From: Guillardia theta CCMP2712 | Lineage: Eukaryota; Protista; Cryptophyta | Assembly (NCBI RefSeq): GCF_000315625.1 | Contig: NW_005434657.1 | Location: 343,934 to 407,933, forward strand | Reading direction: 5' to 3' | DNA length: 64,000 nucleotides | Notes under the pieces: generated by a model | What the model saw: the letters and a program-made list of their open reading frames with translations, nothing else | Told to the model about the DNA's origin: nothing | Database searches by the model: none | Translations under genes and position numbers: made by a program | Shown: piece after piece, positions 52,686 through 64,000 of the stretch | Position numbering within the stretch: position 1 is the first letter of the stretch | Layout: every line of letters starts with the position of its first letter

Positions 52686-54306
52686 CCTGCAACCTTCAAA
52701 AGGAGTTCAGTCAAGGAATGCGAACAAACAGTCAAGATGGATAAGTTATGGCGCCGCCAGCATGCCAACTGCACTCTACCTCAAGGAGATTCTAGCATGT
52801 CCTCCAATCTCATGCATCCTCTCTCGTTGACCTCCAAGATCCCCCTGCTCCCTTTGAGGAACTGAGGACCCTCGGGGATCTCCTGGAATCACAAGCCCTG
52901 CCCATCTGCTCATCCCCGCATCATCCTCCCTCCTCCCTGAAGCCTCTCGTCCCTTCTATCACCCGTCATCTCATCATAGCATACCTCCTCCCCTGCTCTC
53001 CTCCTCCTCCCTCTCTCTCCCTCGCCATTTTCCCCGTATCCTTCCTCGTGCATTCAGCAGCGTAACAAGGTCGTCGTGATGCATACCTGAGGCGTGTCAC
53101 AGACCGGAGCCGCGGGCCGCCGTAGTGATCGGATCATGATGGTGAGGCCGAGACGGTGGCACTCAGTGGACCGTGATCGGACCGCGCCGGCGCGGCCGGG
53201 CCCGGACTCGGCCCGGCTGAACAGTGTGTCCGAAGACTCAGTGCCGACCGTCTCAGCCCCACTAACTTGGGCCGCCTCAGTCAGTGGTCGGGCCCCCGCA
53301 TGATCCCGACTCGGTCCGACGGTGGCCGCAGTGAGCCGCAAGGCCGGGCTGAGCCTGCGACCGTGGCGGCGCGGGGACCGTAAACTGGCATGCCGTCACT
53401 CCTGAGTCCGCCTGATCAACTTTCAAGTATCTGAGATGGCGTGCGGCCGGCAGTCACCCGGTGACCGGGCGCGCTGGCAGTGCGGGGGCGCCGCCCCCGC
53501 GCCGGCTACCCGGTCACTAGCCTGAGTCCGACGCCGGGAGCGGCCCTGCAGCGGAGGCTCGGATTCAACTTACTGATTACCGTTGAAGTACTCCTGAGAG
53601 ACTTCAGTGTGGCGAGGCGGCAATGATCGGACAACTTTCAGTACCGTACCGTAGCACCTTTCAACGGTCAAGTTCAAAGTTTGACGAAGCCTTCCGACCT
53701 TCCTGGCCCGGTGCTGGACTCCCGGACTCCTTTCAATGGCAAGTTCCACATCTTAGCATACAGTCTATCTCTCCGAGGCATGTACTCCTCAACCCCTGTT
53801 TCGTGTGCATTAAACTTGATCTTGAGCAAAAACTGTCTTGTTGCAGCTGAGGTGAACTGATGTCTGCATTACTAAGTTTGGCATAATACAAGTCTAACAA
53901 ACTTGAAACTTGTACTCCCGACGGTCCGAAGTACTACGGCCGCGTCACATCCTGACCGACGCTCCGGTTGCAGTGAACGCGGAACTGCCCGTGAACCCGG
54001 TTCGAAACTGAGACGGTTCCGACTCATCATGATTCGAAGCCTTTGCCTACTAGTTTACAATCACGTTCATTCCAAACAACGTGGCTTAAGGCTGACGCCT
54101 TAGACTGAGCGACATCGTACTCGGTCAGTGCTCGGATTAGGCTGACTCGCATTCAATCCCGAATAGACGGTAACTAGTAAGGGCCTCCTCTTCATCGCCA
54201 TCATCCTCAACGTGGCATACCCCACACACTGCGTCAGCGCCTCAGGCCTTGGCGTACGGTATCCTCCGCCTCTTGCTTGCGGCTGCTCACCCCAGCATCT
54301 TCTCAC

Positions 54307-54603
54307 TCACTCACTCGCGATGCGGAGCGTCGACGACCCTGCCGATGTCACCGTCTTGAGATGCCCCTGGGCCGCTCTCGAGCTCCCGACCTGGCCGTCG
54401 TGGGGAACGGGGTCTTTGCGCTTGGCGTCGAGGATGTTCTTGAGGCAGTCGGAGCCGTCTGACTCTACCTTGACCAGGCAGTGCATGGAGGCCTGGGAGG
54501 CCGCAGCACCGCAGGAGTCTGGGGAGACGCTGAAGGCGAACTTGGTCATGCTGATGAAGACGTCCTTCCTCCGGACTTGCTGACGAAGCGAGGTAGCGAT
54601 CAT
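54307..54603 (-). CDS. Coding-like segment of unknown function, inverted-duplicate copy A
   Basis: High-GC3 frame QVRRKDVFISMTKFAFSV...; translation identical to 56226-56522. Confidence 0.45.
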   Translation of the reverse strand: MIATSLRQQVRRKDVFISMTKFAFSVSPDSCGAAASQASMHCLVKVESDGSDCLKNILDAKRKDPVPHDGQVGSSRAAQGHLKTVTSAGSSTLRIASE

Positions 54604-56225
54604 TGGGGAGAGCAGGGCTGAGATCAGCAGGAGGGGGGAGGGCGTAGGAAAAGACAGAGAGAGAGAGTGTGTATATGTGAGACAGTGAGTATAGAGTCAG
54701 GAGAGGCAGAGCCTGCGAGCAGGAGGGCAGTAGTGAAGTGCGGGGGTGAGAAGGAGAGGAGAACTTATACACAAGCTTGTTCCCTCGGGTGTTGTTATTA
54801 TCTTATTCCCCCAAGGTACCTCCCCTGTGGCTCTTCCTAGAACCTGATCGTAGCGAGATAGGGGGAACGATATCTGCTGCACATGCACATCCCGTGAACC
54901 AGCTGACGCTATTTCCCGTCACCTCCTCCTCCTAGACACGACTCGGTCAGCTACACGTTCTTTCCGTCCCCCTCTACCCCTCTTCTTGATAGCATTTCCC
55001 GTGGTAGGGGGTGGTCCTTTACCCAGTAGCCGGTTTGTGATCGATGACCGTACCTACAGCACCACCCCTACCCTCTTTTCCCCTTGTCCGACGTGTGAAA
55101 ACCACCCGTACTCCACCCTCAGGGGGCCGGCTACTAGATAACGATGTCTAACACCGTCAACTTTCTGGAAGATCTTTCGTCAACCACCCGTGGTTTATAG
55201 CCTCTAAACCACCCCTCCTCCCTGAACTCCTCACGGATTCTCCCTCCCTTACAGGGCGCGGGCAGAAAAATTGATTTTCAAACGAGTCCGAACCTTGAAA
55301 GCCTTGAAGCCTCGTACTGATTTTTAACTTAACTTTGAGTAAGACCTTGAAGCCTGCTGCCCGTGACTCGCTGTCATGAGGGCCTCTAAAAGTAGTACTG
55401 AGATAATTCGAGTCAAACGGGCCGAAACGCACCTCATGACCGGCGCCGTTGATTCGTACTTGGTCGATACGGCTGCTGTTTGGGTCAGCTGATCGCCAAC
55501 GTTGCTCAGCCTCGCCGAGAGGTGCGTTCGAGTTCGCCGATGCGGCCACTCGCCGGCCGGCGGCGCGCGCCGCTTCCGAACTCGTAGCTGCCCGGCAGGG
55601 AACTTCGCCTACGAGCTCAGTCGTAACAATTCTTCGAGTACCCCGGCCACCCACGCTCTTGAAGCAAACTTGACTTCAAACCCCCTCAAGTGCGGCCCCC
55701 GATCCGATCTTTCGGAGCCTGGAGGGGACCGGTGATGTTGAGCCCTCTCCCCCGGCAAAGGAGGGGGTCGGGTTAGTGTGTAACTGAGAGGAGTGTGCAG
55801 TGCAAGACGGTGCGCCTTGCCACCTCTACCTCCTCCCAGACTGAGGAACGGGGGGGTGGCGTCATTTACCGGACCAACGTGTCGCTGATCGTTGACGTGG
55901 GCAAATCCGTGACCTTAAAACGCACAGTTTCACATGCTAGTCGTTGGCATGGGAACCGACCTCCCACCCCTACCCACTTCCCAGGTGCAGCAAAGGAGGG
56001 TAAGGGGGTCATTCAAGAGGTTTGCACCCTTTCGGATGAGTCCTTTCGTCCACGAAATCACGTCTTTCCAGTAATCCGGGAAGGGGAAAGGCGAACATCA
56101 TTCCCTCGCTCGCGCTTGAGTCCCAAGACCTCCGGCGCCCTCCTGCTCGCACGCTCTGCCTCTCCTGACTCTCCCTCCCCCCTCCCCCCTCCCTCGTCCT
56201 GCTGACCTCAGCCCTGCTCTCCCCA

Positions 56226-56522
56226 ATGATCGCTACCTCGCTTCGTCAGCAAGTCCGGAGGAAGGACGTCTTCATCAGCATGACCAAGTTCGCCTTCAGC
56301 GTCTCCCCAGACTCCTGCGGTGCTGCGGCCTCCCAGGCCTCCATGCACTGCCTGGTCAAGGTAGAGTCAGACGGCTCCGACTGCCTCAAGAACATCCTCG
56401 ACGCCAAGCGCAAAGACCCCGTTCCCCACGACGGCCAGGTCGGGAGCTCGAGAGCGGCCCAGGGGCATCTCAAGACGGTGACATCGGCAGGGTCGTCGAC
56501 GCTCCGCATCGCGAGTGAGTGA
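56226..56522 (+). CDS. Coding-like segment of unknown function, inverted-duplicate copy B
   Basis: Same 98-aa translation as 54307-54603. Preceded by a pyrimidine tract, CTGAC and CAG, so probably an internal or terminal exon. Confidence 0.45.
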   Translation: MIATSLRQQVRRKDVFISMTKFAFSVSPDSCGAAASQASMHCLVKVESDGSDCLKNILDAKRKDPVPHDGQVGSSRAAQGHLKTVTSAGSSTLRIASE

Positions 56523-57281
56523 GTGAGTGAGGAGACTGGGAGCAGCCGGAAGCAAGAGGCTGAAGCTCAGTGCTGGCTGTCGTCAGGGAATCGACGGAGG
56601 ATACGCCGAGGCCCGAGGCGCTGACGCAGTGCGAAGGGTCGGAAGAACGACGAGCAGTCATAAACATGATGATGAGGATGATGGCTAGACGGGAGATATG
56701 ATAATGTTAAGGCACGTTGTTTGGAATGAACGTGATTGTACACTACGTGAGCTTAAGGAGCGGTATGGAGGGTCCCTCCGGTCCTGAACTCCCTTCGAGG
56801 GGGCGCACGCGTTTTTAAGTGCTTACAGGATGTGGTTGGACGATGATAAGTAGAAATGAAGTGAGGATATCGATGCACGAGTGCTTGTAGAACGTCTGAC
56901 TCTTTTGGAAGTAACGCTTGACCGTACAAGGATCCTAACACCTTGTTAGCCACTAAGACATGTTCCCCTGGTGGTCTTGTCTTACATCGTTCAATGTGTG
57001 ATTTCGTGTGACGTTGCTGGATATCAATACATCTGCACACTTGGTCAACACTTTCTAATCTTCTCTTGAAGGAGGCCACCAAGGACAGTTGGCATGTATT
57101 GAATGATCAAGTGTGGAATATAGATGTGAATTCAGATGTGATTTAAGATGTAAATTAAGTTGTGAATTAATATGAGATGGCAGTGAGCAAGTAGATCAGA
57201 GAATGAAAAACAGGCTGATAAGCAGCAGTGTTACGACGGCACGGAGAAGCGAGCAGCAGCAAAGCCTCATCAACCAGTCGT

Positions 57282-58437
57282 ATGGAGGGCAGAGAGAACT
57301 TTAGGGATGGATACTTATAGGCAAGGAGCATCATTATGGTCGGTCATCGCAATTCGATGATGTTGTCTTTCAGATCAAGTTTTTCTCGCAGTTCAGGGAG
57401 AAGGTTGCAACTTTTTGCGCAGATGTCCTGACAACAAATCGAGGCAACCCGAACCATCTAGTAGGGCTGAGGCCCCTCGTTTGGGGTCCGCCATGCATGT
57501 ACCAGCATGCAGACGCATCTCTTCATAGGAGCAGACAGCCATGACTGGTCGTCACATGCTTGGCCTCCTGCTCCCCTTTACCTACTCTCTGCCTCGATCT
57601 TTACAGCATGGGCAGCGGCTTCATTGCGCTCGACTGCTGCCCTCTACGTACTCTAATTAAAGTGCGCAATGTTTGTTCTGCCCCTAAGATTCGGTAGGAG
57701 CGAGTACAATTGACTGAACGTTTTGTCTTTGGAGCGCATGCTCGGGTGCTCCGCAACAGCAGAGGATGGAGGAGGGAGGGAGGGAGGAGAGGGAGGGAGG
57801 AGAAGGAGGGAGGAGAGAGCAGAGAGGAGGAGGAGAAAGGGGGGCGGAGATGAGAGGGGACGGAGGGATGAAGGGTGAAAGTGCGCTGGGAGGTGGAATG
57901 AAGGTGCAGGGGTACTGAGAGGAAACGAAGAGGAGGGAAGAAGACTCGAAGCAGAGAGCAAGAGGAGGCGTATGTAGTGGTTGATACGTTGGTTAATGTG
58001 CTGAACAAGGACCACGTGGAGAGGAAGAGTGGGAGGAGAGAAACCAAACTGCAGGGGAGAAGAATGTCAAAGAGTCGACGAAAGCGGGTTGTTGCAACCT
58101 CTCACAGCATTGACCATCCGCCGCAGTGATGCAAGCAGCTTGAAGATTGTGTCTGATATACGGGAGCATGTTGAAGGCTTGAAGGTGAGGAGGCTGAGGA
58201 GGAGGAGGGACCACCTGACGTGTTTGCAGTTTTTCTTGCGTGTGATGGTATCGATGACGAAATGCACTATGTACCCAACACCATACCGACTGTTTGAAGG
58301 TGAATTTGACAACAATGCTCGACGATGAGCCCTGAGCGATTCCGTCAGTTCATGTCTTCATCCTCATCTTGGTTGCAACTTCCACAACGCCAGTCAGTGG
58401 CTCTACTCCTCTCGGTGCCGCTCAAGTCCTGCCTGTT
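57282..58437 (+). CDS. Exon-like segments upstream of PP5 (N-terminal extension or separate small gene)
   Basis: IKFFSQFREKVATFCADV; SDASSLKIVSDIREHVEGLK|FFLRVMV...LFE|VHVFILILV...AAQVLPV, which can splice in frame to the first PP5 TPR exon. Confidence 0.35.
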
Positions 58438-58492
58438 GTATGCTGTGCATGTTGAGAGGATGCCGTCATCTGATCCAGTGCTCCCATCCTAG

Positions 58493-60932
58493 AACGAACG
58501 GGCGGAGAGCTACAAGGTTGAGGCGAACAATCTGTTCGCTCACAAGGTAGTCATTGCTGTCGATTCGCTTTCAACTTCCCATGACCCCGCACGTCGTCAG
58601 CGATTCCATGAAGCTCTGGACCTGTACACCGCTGCGATACAAACAGATCCTGAAAACCCGGTATATCTTTGCAACAGGTACGAAACCTTCTCGTGAGTTG
58701 GGGAGAATGTGAGAATGAGGGATCACGGCAGAGCGTTCGCGCACATCAAACTAGAAAATTACGGGCAGGTGGCTCATTGCAACTTCACCTCGTGTCACTG
58801 ATCCCTTGACAGGCTGTGAGCGATGCGGAGGCTTCGCTGAAGTTGAACCCGACGTTTGTCAAGGTAAGGAGCGGGAGGAAGAAGGATGGAGAGGGATGAA
58901 GGAGACAAGGAGGAGGGGGGGGTTGGGAGAGGGAAGGGAAAGGAATATGTAACAACAAAAGGAAAGCTGTGATGGAGCGAGAGATCGGAATCTGCACTAG
59001 GGAGGAGGAGATCAAGATATGCAGGTGGGGAGCAAGTTGTTGTAACATCGTCCGCAGGCTTTCTATCGGAGGGGAACGGCTTATTTGGCACTGGGGAAAA
59101 CAAGACAGGCACTTGCGGACTTCAGGTGAGACGAGGATGTAGCTAAGTTGAAATTCCTGTCTGTCATGTTGAAATTCCTGTCTGTCATGTTGAAGTTCCT
59201 GCCTATAATTTTGAAATTCGGTTGTGATGGTTGATGCAGGACCGTCGCTCGCCTTCGGCCGTCAGATTCGACGGCGCTGGGAAAGGTATAAGACGTGGAC
59301 ACGCGCGAAGATGAGAAGTTGCTAGCGCAGCGACGAAGGGCAAGAGGGAAGGGAGGGGAGAGAGAATTAAAGGAGTTCAGCAGATGGGAGAGGGGAAGGG
59401 GAGAAGGAAGGAAGAAGGAAGAACAGAGTGAAGAAGACGGGAGAAGAGAGAGAGGGAGATGAAGGGAGAGGTGGGGTGACGGAGGAAGAGAAAGGAGGAG
59501 GGGTGATGGGAGGTAAGATGTGATGGTGGGGCAGGTCAAACAATGTGAAAAGATCGCACGGCTCGAAGCCTTTGAGGATGCGATTCGAATGGAGAAGACA
59601 GCTTCGCCTTATGACACCCTTGACGTCGAGAGCATCGAAGTGAGTAGAGACGATGGTAAAGACGAGGGCTGATGGTTCGTCAGGTGGAGCCAGACTATGA
59701 TGGGCCGAGATGGGAGGACGAGATCACAGAGGAGTTTGTTCTGCAGATGATTGAGAGGTTCAAAGATGACAAGTATGGTTGATTCATACCCGTGTCTGCC
59801 GTCTGACCCGTGTCCTTGCCAGGCGCCTGCATCGAAAGTATGCCTACAAGATCTTGGTGGTCGCATGGTTGTTGAGATTGTGGAGAGGCTGGGATGGAAC
59901 TGACTGGAGACTTCAGCGAACAACTCAAGAAGATGAACAACGTCCTTGAGCTCGAAGTCCCTCAGGTGATGACGACGACGACGATAATGAAAAAGAAGGA
60001 GATGGAAATAGAGATGGATAAGGGCGAAGATGATTGAGACGATGAAGAGATGATGAAATGATATGCAAGTTTGACTCTGAGATGTTTGTTGATTATGTGT
60101 ACGATCTGTACAATTATAGAAGCGGAGATGGCGTTGAAGGAGGAGGAGGAGGAGGAGGAGGAGGAGGAGGAGGAGGAGGAGGAGGAGGAGGAGGAGGAGG
60201 AGGAGGCTGCTTCAAATGACGACGATTTTGGTGGCAGGGGAGCGAGATGACTGTCTGTGGAGACACGCATGGACAGTTCTACGATCTTCTGCAGGTCACA
60301 GGACCAGCCTTTCCGTCAGACGCCCTGACCGTCTCCTCCAGATCTTCTCGATGAACGGAAACCCGAGCCCGTCGAACCCCTACATCTTCAATGGCGACTT
60401 CGTTGACCGGGTGATTTTCTCGCTGCTGCCGGTTGCTGCTTCGCCTCCTCTCTTACGCTCTTGCTCCAGGGCTCTTGGTCGTTGGAAGTCATCATGACCC
60501 TCCTGGCCTGGAAGGTCTGCTGATGACGTGGCAACCAGGTTCCCCTCTGACCCCCTTGTCTGTCAGTGTCTCTACCCCGAGTCCATCCACTTGACCCGCG
60601 GGAACCACGAAACTGTTGCGATGAACAAGATGTACGGGTTTGAAGGAGAAGTCATTGCAAAGCACAACAGGTGAGATAACTGTTTGTTTTTCTGTCCGTC
60701 TCCCCTTCTCAGCTTGTCGATCAAGTTCCAGTCTTTTTCCTGTCTCTGAGTTGTCTTTCCCTGAATATGCTTGTCCTTCTTCTTCCCTTTCTGCTCGTCG
60801 TTTCCGTCACCCCCTGTACTGCTTCAAGAAACATGTCACTGACGTTTGCTTGCAGGCACATGTACGAATGCTTTGTTGAATTGTTCTGGTATCTTCCTCT
60901 TGCCATCACTCTCAACGGCAAGGTAATCTTGG

Positions 60933-61011
<79 letters not shown>

Positions 61012-62649
61012 TCTGCTCCTGCTCCTGAACGTGCTCCTGCTCCTGCCCCTGCTCGCTCCTTTTCCTGCTTCATCTCTTGCTCCTCCTCTTGTTCATCGTT
61101 TTTGGTGTCTTCGTCCTCCCTTTTCTCGTTCCTTTCGTATTTATCTTCCGCTGCTCCTGTTGAGTTGGCTGGCTGGTCGATGAAGCTTGTGCAGGTGTTT
61201 GTGTGTCACGGAGGTTTGTTTCGAGATGATCGTGTCACTCTCGCCGATATCAACAAGGTGAGAGGAGGATAGGAGGAGAAGCAGGAGCAGGAGCAGGAGC
61301 AGGAGCAGGTGGTGGTAGAAGAGGGAGAGAAGGAGGAAGAGGTGGTGGACGTGGTGGTGGTGGTGGAGGTGAAGGAGGAGCAGGAGTAGGAGCAACAGCG
61401 CTGGCAACAGTAAGAGGAAGGGAGGGGAAGACGGGGGGGGAATCGGAGAGGAGGATGAATTTCAAGTGACGTCCTGCAGGTGGATCGAGCTATCGAGCCA
61501 GGAGATTCTGGAATAGTTTGCGACCTTCTCTGGAGTGACCCCCAGGTACCTTTTGGTGCTGGTGCTGGTGCTGGTGCGGGTGCGGGTGCTGGTGCTGCTG
61601 GTGCTGGTGCTGGTGCTGGTGCTGGTGCTGGTGCTGGTGCTGGTGCGGGTGCGGGTGCTGGTGCTGCTGGTGCTGGTGCTGGTGCTGGTGCTGGTGCTGG
61701 TGCTGGTGCTGGTGCTGGTGCTGGTGCTGGTGCTGGTGCTGGTGCTGGTGCTGGTGCTGGTGCTTCTGCCTTGACTTGTCGCTTCTCTTCTTGTCCCATC
61801 TGCCCTTTGTTACCTCCCCTGTCTCGTGCGCGATACTTGATTTTATGTCTTTTCTGCTTGTCCTTTCCTCCTCCCCTCCGTCTCCCTCTTCTCCCTCTGC
61901 CTCTTCCCTTTCCCCTTCTTCCTCTTCCTCTTCCTCTCCCTCGTCTTCTTCCTCATCCTCGTCTTCTGCGCAGAACGAGGAGGGCCGGGCTGAGAGCAAG
62001 CGAGGGACGGTGAGTCGCCGCTGCAGGAGGGGAGGAGCTGACGAGAGGAGGGGCAGGGCTGCATGTTCGGACCTGACGTGACCAAGAAGTGGCTGGAGGA
62101 GAACGATCTCTCCCTCCTCGTGAGTCCGTTGAGCTTGTCAACTTTCTGCTGCTGCTGCTGCTGCTGCTGCTCCTCCTCCTCCTCCTCCTTTCCTCCTCCT
62201 TTCCTTCTTCTTTCCTTCGTCTTCGTCTTCGTCTTCGTCTTCTTCTTCTTCTTCTTCTTCTTCTTCTTCTTCTTCTTCTGCTGCTGCTGCTGCTGCTGCT
62301 TTTGCCCCTGGTCCTGCCCCTGGCTTTGCCCCTTCTCTTCCTTTTTCTTGTCCTCCTCCTCGCCGCTGACTTGATACAAATCCCCTTCCGTGTCCTCGTT
62401 GTTATGTCACTCCTTGTTCACTTGTTTCCCTCCTGTTATCTTCTTCCTCTGCCTCCTGGTCCTGCCTTCCTCTCGCTGCTTTCTCTTCCCCTTCCTCTTC
62501 CTCTTCCCCTTCCTCTTCCTCTGCGTCTGCCAATGATTCTTCCAGGTGCGTTCACACGAGATGAAGGAGGAGGGATACGAAGTGCAACACGACGGGAAGT
62601 GAGTGAAATGCATGGCGATGACGATGATGGAGATGATGGAGATGATGGA

Positions 62650-62743
<94 letters not shown>

Positions 62744-62790
62744 ATGCAGATGCAGATGGAGATGATGATGATGATGGAGATGATGATGGA

Positions 62791-62827
<37 letters not shown>

Positions 62828-63371
62828 ATGATGCAGGGTACAATTTTGTTGTCTTGTTTTCACTTTCATTGTTAGGTGTATCACGATTTTCTCCGCTCCC
62901 AACTATTGCGATCAGATGGGCAACCTCGGAGCTTTCATTCGCTTCGGACACGATTGCGAGGTCCTCCTGCTCCTCCTCTCTCTACTGCTATCCACGTCCC
63001 TTTCTTTCCAACCTCCTCCTCTTCCCTCCCTCCTCCTCTTTTTTGTTCTCACCGCAGCTTCTTTCCGCTGTTCCACTTTCGTTTGCTCAAATACCTATGA
63101 CCTCTGCTGCTTCTCCCTCCCTCCCGTCCCTCCGCACTATACCTCCCTCCCTCTCCCTCCTCTCCCTCCCTTCTCTCCCTTCTCTCCCTCCCTCCTCTTC
63201 CTCCCTCTCTCCCCTCCCTCCTTTCTCTCCCTCCCTCTCCCTCTTCTCTTCTTTTCTCCGTTGGTCTCACATTCTCTTCAGCCTCGCTTCACGCAGTTTG
63301 CCGCAGCTCCCCATCCTCCCATGAAGCCGATGAAGTATGCGCCCGTGGGGATGATGCCAGGGTTTATGTAA
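58493..63371 (+). CDS. PPP5C: Serine/threonine protein phosphatase 5 (TPR + PPP catalytic domain), many exons
   Basis: TPR exons (EANNLFAHK|[14 protein letters not shown]|[12 protein letters not shown]|AVSDA..|AFYRRG); [73 protein letters not shown]...*. Confidence 0.95.
59146..59220. repeat. 21-bp intronic tandem repeat (~3 copies)
   Basis: Unit gttgaaattcctgtctgtcat. Confidence 0.85.
60933..61027. repeat. (CTCCTG)n intronic microsatellite
   Basis: Direct inspection. Confidence 0.95.
61555..61764. repeat. (GGTGCT)n intronic microsatellite
   Basis: Direct inspection. Confidence 0.95.
62617..62833. repeat. (GAT)n intronic microsatellite
   Basis: Direct inspection. Confidence 0.95.
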
Positions 63372-64000
63372 ACTCTTCCTCCTCCTCCTCTTCCTCTTCC
63401 TCCTGCTGTTCCCTCCTCCTTATCTTGATGTCCGAAACAATGACTATCACTATGACTTCCGCCATGAAAACTTCCCCATTGTGTTCACTGTTGAAAGCAT
63501 CGTCATACATCGTCATCGTCATCGTCATAATGAGTTACAACAAAAAAGCAGCAGCAGCAGCACCACCAACAAGCACAACATCAGCAACAAACTCGCCGTC
63601 GCTATTCTCAACCTTACACCCATCAACATCATGCTTATCATCGCCATCTTTCATCGACCACCACTGCAACAGCAGCAGCAGATTGGAAAGTTTACAGCTA
63701 AGCTCTGCCCAATGGCTCCATCAATTTGATCTCATCGCTCATTTTGTAGCTTTCTTCTCTCTTTCTCCTCCTGCTCCTGCTCCTGCTCCTCCTCCTGCTC
63801 CTGCTCCTGCTCCTCCTCCCCGCCCCCTGCCTTCGCCTCACCTTGAGCAGCATTGAAAATCCATCCACATTGACATGGGAGAGTTGATTACAGCCCCGGG
63901 CATCCAACTGAACCAGGAGAGAGGAGAGAAGAGAGAGGAGGAGAGGAGAGAAGATGAGAGGAGGAGAGAGGAGATGAGAGGAGAGGAGAGAGGAGAGAGG

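Larger units (their letters stand above)
54050..56745. repeat. Inverted duplication: arms ~54050-54632 and ~56197-56745, ~1.55-kb spacer
   Basis: Near-identical ~330-bp core. Patchy outer similarity, e.g. tacaatcacgttcattccaaacaacgtg at ~54056 and its reverse complement at ~56713-56740. Confidence 0.9.

Noticed and set aside
54050-56745. TIR DNA transposon
   Set aside because: No transposase and no clear target-site duplication; identity is highest internally rather than at the termini.
61206-63324. AP-, GA-, poly-D/H/M-repeat proteins
   Set aside because: They lie in PP5 introns and are simple-repeat translations.

Overview
Eukaryotic nuclear DNA with assembly gaps (N runs) and many short (~40-55 nt) GT-AG introns carrying CTGAC-type branch points. 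Longer introns are filled with microsatellites. A signal peptide ending in ASA-F on one protein suggests an alga with a red-derived complex plastid, probably a cryptophyte (inference). Genes in order: 3' end of a HECT E3 ligase; a disrupted WD40-ankyrin-ADP-ribosyltransferase; a GT41/OGT-like glycosyltransferase; a histidine-phosphatase-fold protein lacking the RH motif; two intron-containing tRNA-Tyr genes in a 238-bp inverted duplication; a ~12.5-kb DUF4062-like/NACHT/TPR/LRR (NLR-like) gene; a TPTE/VSP-type PTEN phosphatase fused to cNMP-binding and GRAM domains; a plastid-targeted MAPEG; an intronless beta-COP; an AP2-domain gene; a La-motif/ERI1-exonuclease fusion; a second inverted duplication; and PP5. 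The strongest candidates for new biology are the immune-like genes (NLR-like STAND protein and variable-WD40/ART), the cNMP-PTEN and La-exonuclease fusions, and the two inverted duplications. All multi-exon models were spliced by eye, so boundaries are approximate.
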